From a virus (lineage: Duplodnaviria > Caudoviricetes): 64,000 nucleotides of DNA. Made by a program: the position numbers and the translations under genes. The notes below the pieces were generated by a model that did not search any database, had not been told where the DNA came from, and saw only the letters and a program-made list of their open reading frames with translations. Position 1 is the stretch's first letter; each line of letters starts with the position of its first letter. Location of the stretch: positions 1 to 64,000 of the IMG/VR virus record IMGVR_UViG_3300028586_000001, one strand, 5' to 3'. This document shows positions 43,497-52,288 of the stretch, one piece after another.

Positions 43497-46337
43497 GTGA
43501 CCACCTGGTATTTCCATTACAAACTTACTCACGAGGGCAACGGTGAGTGGAAGTTGGGCATGTCTGATCAACGCGAGCGTACGATCAAGGACCGGCGCCC
43601 AGCGTTCGTCACCATCCTCGACACCGACAACAACTTCGACACCGAGTTGACTGCCGATGAGCTGGCCAAGGTCCACTACCGTGGGCCTTTTTATATCGAC
43701 CTCGATGATGAGGACGCGGCCAACGTCATCGGCCAATTCAAGAAGCTGTTGCGTAAATTACGTGATGAGTACCACGTCGAGCTGGATCAGTTGGCGTTGT
43801 ACATCACGGGCGGCAGGGGTTTCCACATCGAGTTCAACCCGACGATGTTCATGGCCAAGGTCCCACCTCGTGGCATGGCGGCTCTGCCGCTTGTGTACCG
43901 CGAGATGGCCATGGAACTGTTCGTGGACACCCTTGACTTGAACATCTATTCGGCAAAGAAGGGCCGGATGTGGCGTGTCAAGAATATCGAACGAGAGAAG
44001 GACGGCGAGAAGACCGGCCGGTACAAGGTGCAGATCACGGTGCAGGAAGCGCTGGAGATGACGCTGGAGACCTACCAGTCCCTGTGCGTTACCCCACGGC
44101 ACCTGTCACCACCAGCGCCAGCCGAGTACAACCCGGAGCTGGGCCTGATCTTCTCGAAGTCCCAGAGCCGGATCGACCAGGGTCTGAAGCGACGGAAGAA
44201 CGCCAAGGCCGATGCCAACATCCTGGCCAGTTTCGGCGGCAAGGTGCCGCCAACGCTGCTGGCCGTGATGAACGGCGAGGGCCTGGAAGATGGCCAGGGG
44301 TTCCAGGCCATCGCTACGCAACTTGCCATTGCAGCTCACGCGATGAACATGAGCGAGGAGACTTTCCTGGAAGCGTGCGCTGGTATCATCGCCAGCCACA
44401 AGGGCGACAGTGATCGCTACGGTTCTCCAGCCAAGCGGCGGCGTGAGCTGGCCAGGATGTACGGCTACATGTCGGGTAACCCGTCCTACACGTTTTCGGT
44501 CGGCGGTATCAAAAAGATGCTGGCCAAGGATGTCAAAGCTCCTGACCTGGACATGGGCGTCATTGCTACTGAAGAAGGCAGTGATGAGATCGAAGACGAT
44601 GAGATGGTCTTCTCGGTATCGCAAGGTATCAGGATCACCGAGAGCGGGATTTACAAAAAGGGTGAGGAGGGTGTGGTCAAGGTCTCTGCTTTGGGCATGT
44701 CCAATCCCCGTCAGCTCCTGGAACTCGGCACTGGCGAGGTTCATGGTTATGAGGTGGACATCAGCATTGATGGTGGTCCGAAACGTCGCAAGATCGTGAC
44801 CATGGATGCCTTCGCATCTCGTAGCGCTTTCCTTAAATTTACACTCAGTGCAGGCAGTTGCAACATCAGCCTCACGGACGCGCAGATTGGCGCAATCGCT
44901 GACATCTTTCGAGTAAGAACCATGCAAAACAACCAGCAAGTCTATACCGTCAAGCGTGAGGGCCTTGACCTCGTAACAACCCCTGATGGAAAGATCGATG
45001 TGATCTGGGCCGACCAGTTCGGTGTCACCAGTAATTTCGGTATGAACTATCGGCTCACAGGCAGCATGACCGATGACATCCAGTTCCGGACCGACCTGCG
45101 TAACGCCCCTGACCTGGAAGACACGCCGGAAGCTCGTGAGTTTTTCCATCAGCTCTTTAATGTCAACAGGCGCGAGGTGGTGGCAAGGGTCTTCGGATTC
45201 ATGGCTTCGACTTTCTTGTCCCAGATGATCCGGCATGTGTACAACAAGTTCCCGTTCCTCCAGGTCTACGGGCCGGCTGGCGCCGGTAAGTCCGACACGG
45301 TCAAGCTTATGGCCAGGATGCACTACTACCGTCAGGACCCCCTGACATCGTCGGCATTGGACTCGACCAAGTTTGTCTTCGAGGAGATGGCTACTTGCTC
45401 AGGCTCGATTCCTTTCATCCTGGAGGAGTACAAGCCCCGCGAGATGGATCGCCGTTTGCTGGAGAAGTCCAAGGGCATCCTGCGCTCGAACTACAACGGT
45501 GACATCATCGGCAAGGGTTCGGTGCAGGCATCAACAGGCCAGAGTCGACTGACTCTGACTCGTGTGTCGAACCGCTCCCCCATCGTTGTTCTGGGGGAGG
45601 CGATTCTGAGCCAGACGGCGATCCTGGATCGTTGCGTGGCCGTGCCAATCACCAAGGAAGGCAAGCAGGGCCGTCGTGAGGTCTTCGAGCACTGTCAGGC
45701 CAATCGCCAGTACCTGTCGATGTTCGGACGCCGCTGCATTGACGGTGCGCTGGCTGTCAGCCCAGAAGGTATTCGCAAGCAGATCGAAGCGAACATCCGG
45801 CTGGTCCGCGAGAAGGTCGGGGCCAAGGCCGATGACAACGACCGTCCACTGTACAACGTGGCCGTGCTGTTGACTGGTCTGGAGTTTGCCCGTCGTGTCC
45901 TGAAGGATGTTTTTGGCGACGAATTCAACGAGACCATTCAGGTCATGAAGGACTCAGTCACCGAGACTGCTGAGGAGCTGATCCCGAAGGTTGTGTCGGA
46001 AGCCGCCAAGGTGCTCGATGCCATGGCCTACCTGTCACGCTATGGCGACAACGACGCGGTGCGCCTGATCTCTGGCGAGGACTATGTCCTGGACGGTTCG
46101 GCCATCCAGATGCGCCTCAAGAACTGCTTCACGAAGTACGCCAAGCACAAGCGTTCAATGGGGGAGGAGGTGCTGTACGACAGCTACGAGGCGTTCTACA
46201 GCTCCATGACCACTTACCCCGGCACCGTGGATCGGAACTGCCTGTCGTCACCCCTGAAGGACTCGGCTTCGACCGCTGTATTCGAGTTCAGTACGGCCCA
46301 CTTGTCGAAAGACAACGTGGAGGAGTTCAGGCCATAA
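43497..46337 (+). CDS. AEP primase-helicase fusion
   Basis: YIDLDD and TGGRGFHI (AEP motifs I/II), C-terminal YGPAGAGKS P-loop and ILEEY Walker B. Confidence 0.85.
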   Translation: MTTWYFHYKLTHEGNGEWKLGMSDQRERTIKDRRPAFVTILDTDNNFDTELTADELAKVHYRGPFYIDLDDEDAANVIGQFKKLLRKLRDEYHVELDQLALYITGGRGFHIEFNPTMFMAKVPPRGMAALPLVYREMAMELFVDTLDLNIYSAKKGRMWRVKNIEREKDGEKTGRYKVQITVQEALEMTLETYQSLCVTPRHLSPPAPAEYNPELGLIFSKSQSRIDQGLKRRKNAKADANILASFGGKVPPTLLAVMNGEGLEDGQGFQAIATQLAIAAHAMNMSEETFLEACAGIIASHKGDSDRYGSPAKRRRELARMYGYMSGNPSYTFSVGGIKKMLAKDVKAPDLDMGVIATEEGSDEIEDDEMVFSVSQGIRITESGIYKKGEEGVVKVSALGMSNPRQLLELGTGEVHGYEVDISIDGGPKRRKIVTMDAFASRSAFLKFTLSAGSCNISLTDAQIGAIADIFRVRTMQNNQQVYTVKREGLDLVTTPDGKIDVIWADQFGVTSNFGMNYRLTGSMTDDIQFRTDLRNAPDLEDTPEAREFFHQLFNVNRREVVARVFGFMASTFLSQMIRHVYNKFPFLQVYGPAGAGKSDTVKLMARMHYYRQDPLTSSALDSTKFVFEEMATCSGSIPFILEEYKPREMDRRLLEKSKGILRSNYNGDIIGKGSVQASTGQSRLTLTRVSNRSPIVVLGEAILSQTAILDRCVAVPITKEGKQGRREVFEHCQANRQYLSMFGRRCIDGALAVSPEGIRKQIEANIRLVREKVGAKADDNDRPLYNVAVLLTGLEFARRVLKDVFGDEFNETIQVMKDSVTETAEELIPKVVSEAAKVLDAMAYLSRYGDNDAVRLISGEDYVLDGSAIQMRLKNCFTKYAKHKRSMGEEVLYDSYEAFYSSMTTYPGTVDRNCLSSPLKDSASTAVFEFSTAHLSKDNVEEFRP

Positions 46338-46344
46338 AAAGTAG

Positions 46345-46373
46345 TTGACGCCAGTCAATTGCACAGTTAGAGT
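46345..46373 (+). promoter_or_regulatory. Sigma70 promoter with TTGAC-N4-GTCAA palindrome over the -35
   Basis: TTGACG-N17-TAGAGT, palindrome at 46345-46358. Confidence 0.7.
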
Positions 46374-46501
46374 ACCACCCTGACCCCGACAATTCATCGA
46401 AGGGGTTCTTTAGTACCACCACCACCGGGTGTGTAGTAACAAGCATTCGGAAATACCAATCGCAATGTATATTGCAAACCACACTTTAAATGGAGTTTCA
46501 A

Positions 46502-47434
46502 ATGGCACTGTCCAAGCGTAACAAAGATGCAGTAACCCAAGACCAATCGTCGGCAGCAGAATCGACCAAGCCTGAATTCGAGGGCATGGGCGACGACGCA
46601 GCACAGGTCGCTGACACCGCAGTCAAGACCGGCGCCGTCGTTGGCGATGTCCTGGACAACGTCCAGAGCGGCGACCCAGTCGATGCCGGTGCCGATGTCG
46701 GCCACACCGAACCTGATTCGGAAGAAGAAGCGGCAGCAGCGACCCGCGAGGCTGCGAAGCCAAGCAAGGAAGCTGTGAAGGAAAATACCGAGAAGGCCCT
46801 TGCCATCGTCAAGGAAGCCAGTGTCAGCACGGTGGTCACCAAGAAGTTCATCGGTGCGTTGTCGGAAAAAGAAAACGTCTTCGATCCGCGCTCCCTCGAC
46901 TTCAACACTTTCCCCCGCGTCACTGTCGGCCTGGACGGTTTCTCGTCCGACGCTGGTGAAGACTACGGCGACCTGATAGCCATCGAAGTCATGTCGTACA
47001 ACACCCGCTGGGTTGCATCCCCTGGCGTGGACGACGAAGAAGCGAAGGTCCATGTCCGCTACTCGCTGGACGGCAAGACCATCGATTCGACTGGCGACGA
47101 CAACGGTGAAAGCCTGCAAGCCTGGGTCAAGACCCTGAAGGAAGTGCACGGCTTCGAGAAGGCTTCGATCAAGGAATACCTTGCCATCTACGGCTTCATG
47201 ACCTACGCCGATGGCGCCGAGATCGATCCGGCCGATCTGGAAATCATCGCTCTGCAAGTACCACCGCAGTCGCGTGCTCTGTTCGAGCGTCACCAGATCA
47301 CCATGGGCGTGAAAATCTCCCGTGGCACCGTCGAAGCTTCGGACATCGTCTGGGCCTCGCAAGAGAAGAAGGTCGCTGGCGGCAAGAAATACGCCCTGAT
47401 CAACTTCTCGGCCAAGCAGCCTGTCGTCAAATAA
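46502..47434 (+). CDS. Highly expressed acidic protein, possible ssDNA-binding/annealing protein
   Basis: Own promoter, GGAG RBS and terminator, acidic N-terminal tail, located in the replication module. Function is inference. Confidence 0.45.
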   Translation: MALSKRNKDAVTQDQSSAAESTKPEFEGMGDDAAQVADTAVKTGAVVGDVLDNVQSGDPVDAGADVGHTEPDSEEEAAAATREAAKPSKEAVKENTEKALAIVKEASVSTVVTKKFIGALSEKENVFDPRSLDFNTFPRVTVGLDGFSSDAGEDYGDLIAIEVMSYNTRWVASPGVDDEEAKVHVRYSLDGKTIDSTGDDNGESLQAWVKTLKEVHGFEKASIKEYLAIYGFMTYADGAEIDPADLEIIALQVPPQSRALFERHQITMGVKISRGTVEASDIVWASQEKKVAGGKKYALINFSAKQPVVK

Positions 47435-47453
47435 GCGACCGCTGAAACCAGGA

Positions 47454-47480
47454 AAGGCCCCATTCGTGGGGCCTTTTCTT
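47454..47480 (+). terminator. Intrinsic terminator
   Basis: AAGGCCCCA-TTCG-TGGGGCCTT then TTCTT. Confidence 0.9.
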
Positions 47481-47503
47481 CGATCACTTCAAACATTACA
47501 AAA

Positions 47504-48229
47504 ATGAAAATTGATGACCTCATCGTCCTCGACACCGAGACCTCTGGTCTCAAGGACCCCATCGGCGTGTGCGAAGTCGGCTTCATCCAGCTCGACCCGG
47601 CTACACTCAGTGAGGTCGGTCGCCACCGCTCGCTGACGGACCCTGAAGTTTCGATCAGTGCTGGTGCGAGCGGCATCCATCGCATCACGAACGACATGGT
47701 CGAGTGCGAGCCTACCCTCGAAGAATATTTCGTTCAGGTGCTGGGCGACCCATTCGCTGGCCGCGACGTGCTGATGGTGGCGCACAACGCCGCCTTCGAC
47801 TTCCCGAAGGTCAAGCAGCACCTTGGCCCCAACCCGGTGTCGCTCTGCACCTTGCTGCTGGCCCGCAAGGTCTGGCCCGAAGCCGAGAACCACAAGCTGG
47901 CCACCCTGAAGTTCATGTTCGGCCTGGGCCGTCGTGATGGCACCTCGCACTCGGCGCTGGACGACGTGGAAGACACCACCGACCTGCTGCGCCTGATCAT
48001 CGCCGAGACTGGCCTGACTATCCCCGAGCTGTGTGTTCTTCAGCACAAGCCGAGCTTCATCGAGATCATGCCGTTCTCGAAGCACAAGGGCCTGCCATTG
48101 AAAGACGTGCCGGTCTCGTTCTGGGTCTGGCTGAGCAAACAGGAAGGCGAAGGCAACGACCGCGATCTGGTCTACAGTGTCAACCAGTTGTACCCCCACA
48201 TCAAACTGAAGGAGAAATACAGTGTCTGA
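47504..48229 (+). CDS. DEDDh 3'-5' exonuclease (DnaQ/ExoX-like)
   Basis: VLDTET, AHNAAFD, HSALDD, C-terminal MPFSKHKG...W.W tail. Confidence 0.9.
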   Translation: MKIDDLIVLDTETSGLKDPIGVCEVGFIQLDPATLSEVGRHRSLTDPEVSISAGASGIHRITNDMVECEPTLEEYFVQVLGDPFAGRDVLMVAHNAAFDFPKVKQHLGPNPVSLCTLLLARKVWPEAENHKLATLKFMFGLGRRDGTSHSALDDVEDTTDLLRLIIAETGLTIPELCVLQHKPSFIEIMPFSKHKGLPLKDVPVSFWVWLSKQEGEGNDRDLVYSVNQLYPHIKLKEKYSV

Positions 48230-48494
48230 AATCCGCCTCGAATCCGGTGTTCCAATCCCGGCAGTACCACGTACCGGCCGTGCGCCGCGCTATCCGTTCC
48301 TGGCCATGGAAGTGGGCCAGTCGTTCTTCATCCCCGGCGCCAGTACCAACACGATCCACTCGGCTCTGGGCCGGTTCATGAAGTCGCCTGAAGGTAAGGA
48401 CCGCAAGTACGTCAGCCGTTCGATGACCGAAGTCGTCCCAGCCGAAGCCGACAAGGGCGAGCAGGACGGCGTGCGTGTCTGGCGTACCGAATAA
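48222..48494 (+). CDS. Small basic putative DNA-binding protein
   Basis: GVPIP...RYPF..MEVGQSFF pattern, AAGGAG RBS. Confidence 0.65.
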   Translation: MSEIRLESGVPIPAVPRTGRAPRYPFLAMEVGQSFFIPGASTNTIHSALGRFMKSPEGKDRKYVSRSMTEVVPAEADKGEQDGVRVWRTE

Positions 48495-48499
48495 ACCAC

Positions 48500-48527
48500 T
48501 TGCGCTAGGGCAAGGATCGGGTAATAT
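48500..48527 (+). promoter_or_regulatory. Putative sigma70 promoter
   Basis: TTGCGC-N16-TAATAT. Confidence 0.5.
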
Positions 48528-48533
48528 GCTTCC

Positions 48534-48565
48534 TCGCGGCAATTAACTTGCCGCGATTTTTATTA
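48534..48565 (+). terminator. Intrinsic terminator/attenuator
   Basis: TCGCGGCAA-TTAAC-TTGCCGCGA then TTTTTTATT. Confidence 0.75.
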
Positions 48566-48582
48566 CCCGGAGAAAGAGACAA

Positions 48583-49263
48583 ATGAGCAATCCGAAAGAT
48601 GCAGTAGGTCGTACCAAGCCACCACTGGGCCTGTTCCCTGTTTCGGCTATCCTCCAGGGCGCAATGGCCCTGTTCGCCGGGAAGACCAAGTACGGTCGTT
48701 CTAACTGGCGTGCAACTCCGGTCCATGCCTCGGTGTACTTCGAGGCTGGCCTACGCCACTTCTACAAGTGGTGGGAAGGTGAGGAGTTTGACCCAGAAGA
48801 CGGCACGCCGCACCTGGGCAACCTGCTGGCCTGCGCCGCTATCATCATCGACGCCAAGGTGTGCGGCACCCTGATCGATGACCGCCAGTTCAACGGCACC
48901 GGCACCCTCGCCAACTTCAACAGCCTGAACTATCTCGTGCCGAAGCTCGAAGCGCAGTACGCTGACAAGGGTCCGAAGCACTACACCATCGCTGACACCG
49001 TTGCCGTCAAGGTCCCGGCCAGTGTCATGATGAGCAAGGTCGTGCAGCCTTCACCTGCTGGCACTGTCACCGACACCGAAGACGGCTACCGGATCGAGAT
49101 TCGACCTAACACTGGTGTGACAGTCCGCGCTGCTGGCAGCATCGACCCAGCCAGCATCGTAGGTAGCAGGCTTGACGCAACCCAGATTCGCGCCCATGCC
49201 CTGCACCTTGACGAAAGCCGTATGTTTGTCGGTGGCCTGCCGTTCGCTGGGGGCAAAGCGTGA
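48583..49263 (+). CDS. dATP/dGTP diphosphohydrolase-like (DUF5664) protein
   Basis: NPKD..G..K, GKTKYG..NW, RH...W..GE..DPE.G.PHL. Confidence 0.8.
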   Translation: MSNPKDAVGRTKPPLGLFPVSAILQGAMALFAGKTKYGRSNWRATPVHASVYFEAGLRHFYKWWEGEEFDPEDGTPHLGNLLACAAIIIDAKVCGTLIDDRQFNGTGTLANFNSLNYLVPKLEAQYADKGPKHYTIADTVAVKVPASVMMSKVVQPSPAGTVTDTEDGYRIEIRPNTGVTVRAAGSIDPASIVGSRLDATQIRAHALHLDESRMFVGGLPFAGGKA

Positions 49264-49550
49264 GCGACATCCAAGAGAACGACGAGCTGAGCCGCACTGA
49301 CCCTATCGCACAGGGTTCCGAGATCGCCATGCGAGTGGCCGACGCTGGTGTGCGCCGCGTCCAGGCCGCTGTCGCACCTGAGCGTATCCCTGATGGCAAC
49401 GGTGGCAGTGTCCCCCAGGTTGCTGATGCCGATGGCAAATATCCGCAACCGGACTGCATCGAATGCGAAGACCCTATACCCAGTGTGAGGCTCGAAATGG
49501 GGCGCATACGCTGCGTCATTTGCCAGACGCTGAAAGAGAAGCGTCGATAA
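49260..49550 (+). CDS. TraR/DksA C4 zinc-finger protein
   Basis: CIECEDPIP.VR......CVICQ...E, plus DPI in the N-terminal helix. Confidence 0.8.
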   Translation: MSDIQENDELSRTDPIAQGSEIAMRVADAGVRRVQAAVAPERIPDGNGGSVPQVADADGKYPQPDCIECEDPIPSVRLEMGRIRCVICQTLKEKRR

Positions 49551-49556
49551 CACCAG

Positions 49557-49580
49557 AGACCGCAAACCAGCGGTCTTTTC
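49557..49580 (+). terminator. Probable intrinsic terminator
   Basis: AGACCGC-N6-GCGGTCT then TTTC. Confidence 0.6.
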
Positions 49581-49594
49581 AATAGGAGAACACC

Positions 49595-50959
49595 ATGCAA
49601 CCACAAACCCGCCTCATCGTTGATCTGTCATCGATCCTGTGGTCCTGCCTCCTGGTAGGCAAGGACATCGAGTTCGGCCGTCAGGTCATGTTCGCCCCTG
49701 AAGCTGAACCCGGTCAGGAACCGAAGGAGCCGAAGTCGTTCCAGGTCAACAGCGCCATCTTCGGCTACGAGAACGTCGTCAACCACTTCGTGTCGGTGCT
49801 CAACCGCTTTGAGTTGGCCCCGATGGACATGGTCCTTGTGGTCGAGGGCATTAACACGAAGGCGCTGCGTCAGTCGATTCTGCCGCGCTACAAAGCAGGT
49901 CGTGACCGCCCTGATGACTGCTATGTCGAGTTCCAAAAGCTGCGCGAGATGATCGTCAGCACCTTCACGGGTCTCGGCGCCATCGCGGTCACCCAGGACG
50001 GTATCGAGAGCGACGACGTGATCACGTACCTCTGCCGTGTCCTGCCGGGTCGTAAGATCATCGACTCCAACGACGGCGACCTCTGCTACAACATCTCGGA
50101 CGGCAGCGTGCCTACCGAGGGTGTTTCGGTCTGGAAGATGAGCAAGGGCATGGAGCTGACCGAGAACCCATACGGCCCGTTCACTTGCCAGTACATCCCG
50201 CTGTACAAGGCCATCGTCGGTGACACCGGCGACAAGATTCCCGGTGCCAAGGGCTTCGGTGAGAAGACTTGGCTGGACTTCCTGTGCAACTTCGATGAGA
50301 CCAACATGGGCGAGATTCAGGACCTCATCAAGGGCAAGCGGTTGCACGAGCTGGCTGACGATGTCCCTACCTTCAAGCCGTTCCAGAAGCTGATCGACAA
50401 CGCCGACATGGTGTGGCGCTCGTTCCAGTGCTCGAAGCTGTACCCCGAGATCATCAACACTACCCGCAAGCCGTTGGTCTGGACCCCAGGTATGGTGCGC
50501 CCGCGTCACACGTTCGATGACGACCGAATCAAGCACTGGGCAGGCCAGACGCGGCTGGTGCACGCCGGGAATTACACCGACGCCGTCAAGTGGATGAAGG
50601 GGTTCCTTGCCGAGTCCCCGTTCATCTCGTTCGATATCGAGACCTCGTCCAACGACACCGCTGACCAGTGGCTGGCCACCGCCAAGACCAAGTCCAACGA
50701 GTCCAAGGATGCCGAGGGCGTTGACGTGTTCGGTGCCGAGCTGTGTTCGTTTGCGCTGACGTTCGGTCGCAACATGCAGTACACGCTGTTCTTCACCGTC
50801 AGCCACGTCGAGACCGACAAGGTCAAGAACATCACGAAAACTCAGGCGAAGGCGGTGCTGGAGCTGCTGCCGAAGTCCAAGGTAAAGGCGATCCAGAACG
50901 TGTCGTTCGAGTTGCCTATCGTGATGGAAGAACTGGGTGAGCTGGAGGAAGCAGAATGA
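49595..50959 (+). CDS. polA: DNA polymerase I N-terminal half: 5'-3' flap exonuclease plus ExoI/ExoII of the proofreading domain
   Basis: IVDLSS, IESDDVI, SNDGDL, GDTGDKIPGAKGFGEKT (H3TH), then SFDIETS (ExoI) and QNVSFE (ExoII), stopping 14 codons after the ExoII Glu. Confidence 0.85.
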   Translation: MQPQTRLIVDLSSILWSCLLVGKDIEFGRQVMFAPEAEPGQEPKEPKSFQVNSAIFGYENVVNHFVSVLNRFELAPMDMVLVVEGINTKALRQSILPRYKAGRDRPDDCYVEFQKLREMIVSTFTGLGAIAVTQDGIESDDVITYLCRVLPGRKIIDSNDGDLCYNISDGSVPTEGVSVWKMSKGMELTENPYGPFTCQYIPLYKAIVGDTGDKIPGAKGFGEKTWLDFLCNFDETNMGEIQDLIKGKRLHELADDVPTFKPFQKLIDNADMVWRSFQCSKLYPEIINTTRKPLVWTPGMVRPRHTFDDDRIKHWAGQTRLVHAGNYTDAVKWMKGFLAESPFISFDIETSSNDTADQWLATAKTKSNESKDAEGVDVFGAELCSFALTFGRNMQYTLFFTVSHVETDKVKNITKTQAKAVLELLPKSKVKAIQNVSFELPIVMEELGELEEAE

Positions 50960-51351
50960 CCTTCGAGCTGAACATCCCGGCTACTGTTGCGATTGTGTTC
51001 TTCGTCATCGCCTGTGGGATGATCATGTGGGAGAAGCCTTTCCTGGCCTGCATCTCAATGATCTTCACGGTTGTTTCTGGCATCACCTACTGCGAGGGTC
51101 GCCCGGAAGCCGTTGCTGAGCGGAAGGCTGATGCAGAAGCAGCCCGCCGTGCTGCGATCCCGCATGTGATCCGCGAAGCTGATGGCTGCAAGGTGTATCA
51201 GTTCCGGGCCAACGGCCTGGAGCATTACTTTACCCGCTGCCCTGACTCGGTCACGACCGACCGCCACTACCAGACGAATGAAAAGTGCGGGAAGAACTGC
51301 ACCAAGACCATCGACCACGTCGAGACCATCGTCACAAAGGAGCAACCATGA
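50956..51351 (+). CDS. Membrane-anchored Cys-containing protein (polA insert 1)
   Basis: Two N-terminal TMs, GGAGG RBS inside the polA-N 3' end, ATGA overlap. Confidence 0.7.
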   Translation: MTFELNIPATVAIVFFVIACGMIMWEKPFLACISMIFTVVSGITYCEGRPEAVAERKADAEAARRAAIPHVIREADGCKVYQFRANGLEHYFTRCPDSVTTDRHYQTNEKCGKNCTKTIDHVETIVTKEQP

Positions 51352-51929
51352 CCCCAGCATGCAAGGAAGTCCTCGACTACATCGACAAAGAAGGTTGTGG
51401 TGTCACCCTCATGACGCTCTACAAGTTTCTGCCGGACCTTGACCAGGCTGACATCAGGGTCGCCACTCGCACGCTCTACGAGACCATGCGTGTCGCACGT
51501 ATCTCGGTCAAGGGCGACAACGACCGCCTGTACTACGTGTTCTTCTCGCTGTATATCAGGTCAACGAACTCGTACCAGCAACTTGACCCGAATGTGATGC
51601 CCTCGCCAGTGGCGCTGCCTGTGCCATCGCCAGTGGCGCTGCCTGTGCCGTCGCCAGTGGCGTCCGAGCCTGAACTGACAGAACCTATGCGCCAAGCCCT
51701 GATCGAGCGCCTGGAGGCCGATCTGGCGGTCCCTGAACGCCGTGGCGTAGAGCGCCGTGGCGTAGAGCGCCGCACTCTGACCGCCTTGGAAGTCATCGAC
51801 CGTTGGAAGCTCAGCTACCGGCTCTCCCGCATCATCGAGATCATCAGCACTGCCAGGAAGGTGCAGTTGACCAAGTCGGATGCGGTGTCGGTGGCCAAGT
51901 TGATCCGTGAACATGTCCGGGGGCAGTGA
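51348..51929 (+). CDS. wHTH-like protein with tandem repeats (polA insert 2)
   Basis: AAGGAG RBS, PSPVALPV and ERRGV repeats, C-terminus loosely DUF3310-like. Confidence 0.65.
   Translation: MTPACKEVLDYIDKEGCGVTLMTLYKFLPDLDQADIRVATRTLYETMRVARISVKGDNDRLYYVFFSLYIRSTNSYQQLDPNVMPSPVALPVPSPVALPVPSPVASEPELTEPMRQALIERLEADLAVPERRGVERRGVERRTLTALEVIDRWKLSYRLSRIIEIISTARKVQLTKSDAVSVAKLIREHVRGQ
51600..51662 (+). repeat. 24-bp in-frame tandem repeat x2.6
   Basis: CCnTCGCCAGTGGCGCTGCCTGTG at 51600, 51624 and partial at 51648. Confidence 0.9.
51738..51772 (+). repeat. 15-bp in-frame tandem repeat x2.3
   Basis: CGCCGTGGCGTAGAG at 51738, 51753 and partial at 51768. Confidence 0.9.
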
Positions 51930-52288
51930 TGGCTATTGACTTTGTACGACAGGCTGTTGCAAGGACCCTCAAGGTGCCACTGTCCAACGTGGGTCGATGG
52001 GATGTAACCGCGAGCCAGAACAGCCATGCGGTAGTTGGGTCCACTCTGCCGGGCATGCTAGATGCCGCCATGACCGTAAAGCTCAATGGCCCTGTAAAGG
52101 ACCTGTCCCGCTTTTTGTCACGAGACATCTGTGGAAGTGCGGTCATCGTGAGTATCGACCCCTGCTTTGACCCCCTTCAGGTGGAGGTTAGCCTTCAGCT
52201 CCTGTACGGAAAGGAGACACAGCATATTTTCAAAGCCCTGGCCCAGATGTTCCGAATCCGGGGCAAACAACCGAAGCGGAGGAAGTGA
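51926..52288 (+). CDS. Hypothetical protein (polA insert 3)
   Basis: 120 aa, GTGA/TGATG coupling at both ends. Confidence 0.55.
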   Translation: MMAIDFVRQAVARTLKVPLSNVGRWDVTASQNSHAVVGSTLPGMLDAAMTVKLNGPVKDLSRFLSRDICGSAVIVSIDPCFDPLQVEVSLQLLYGKETQHIFKALAQMFRIRGKQPKRRK

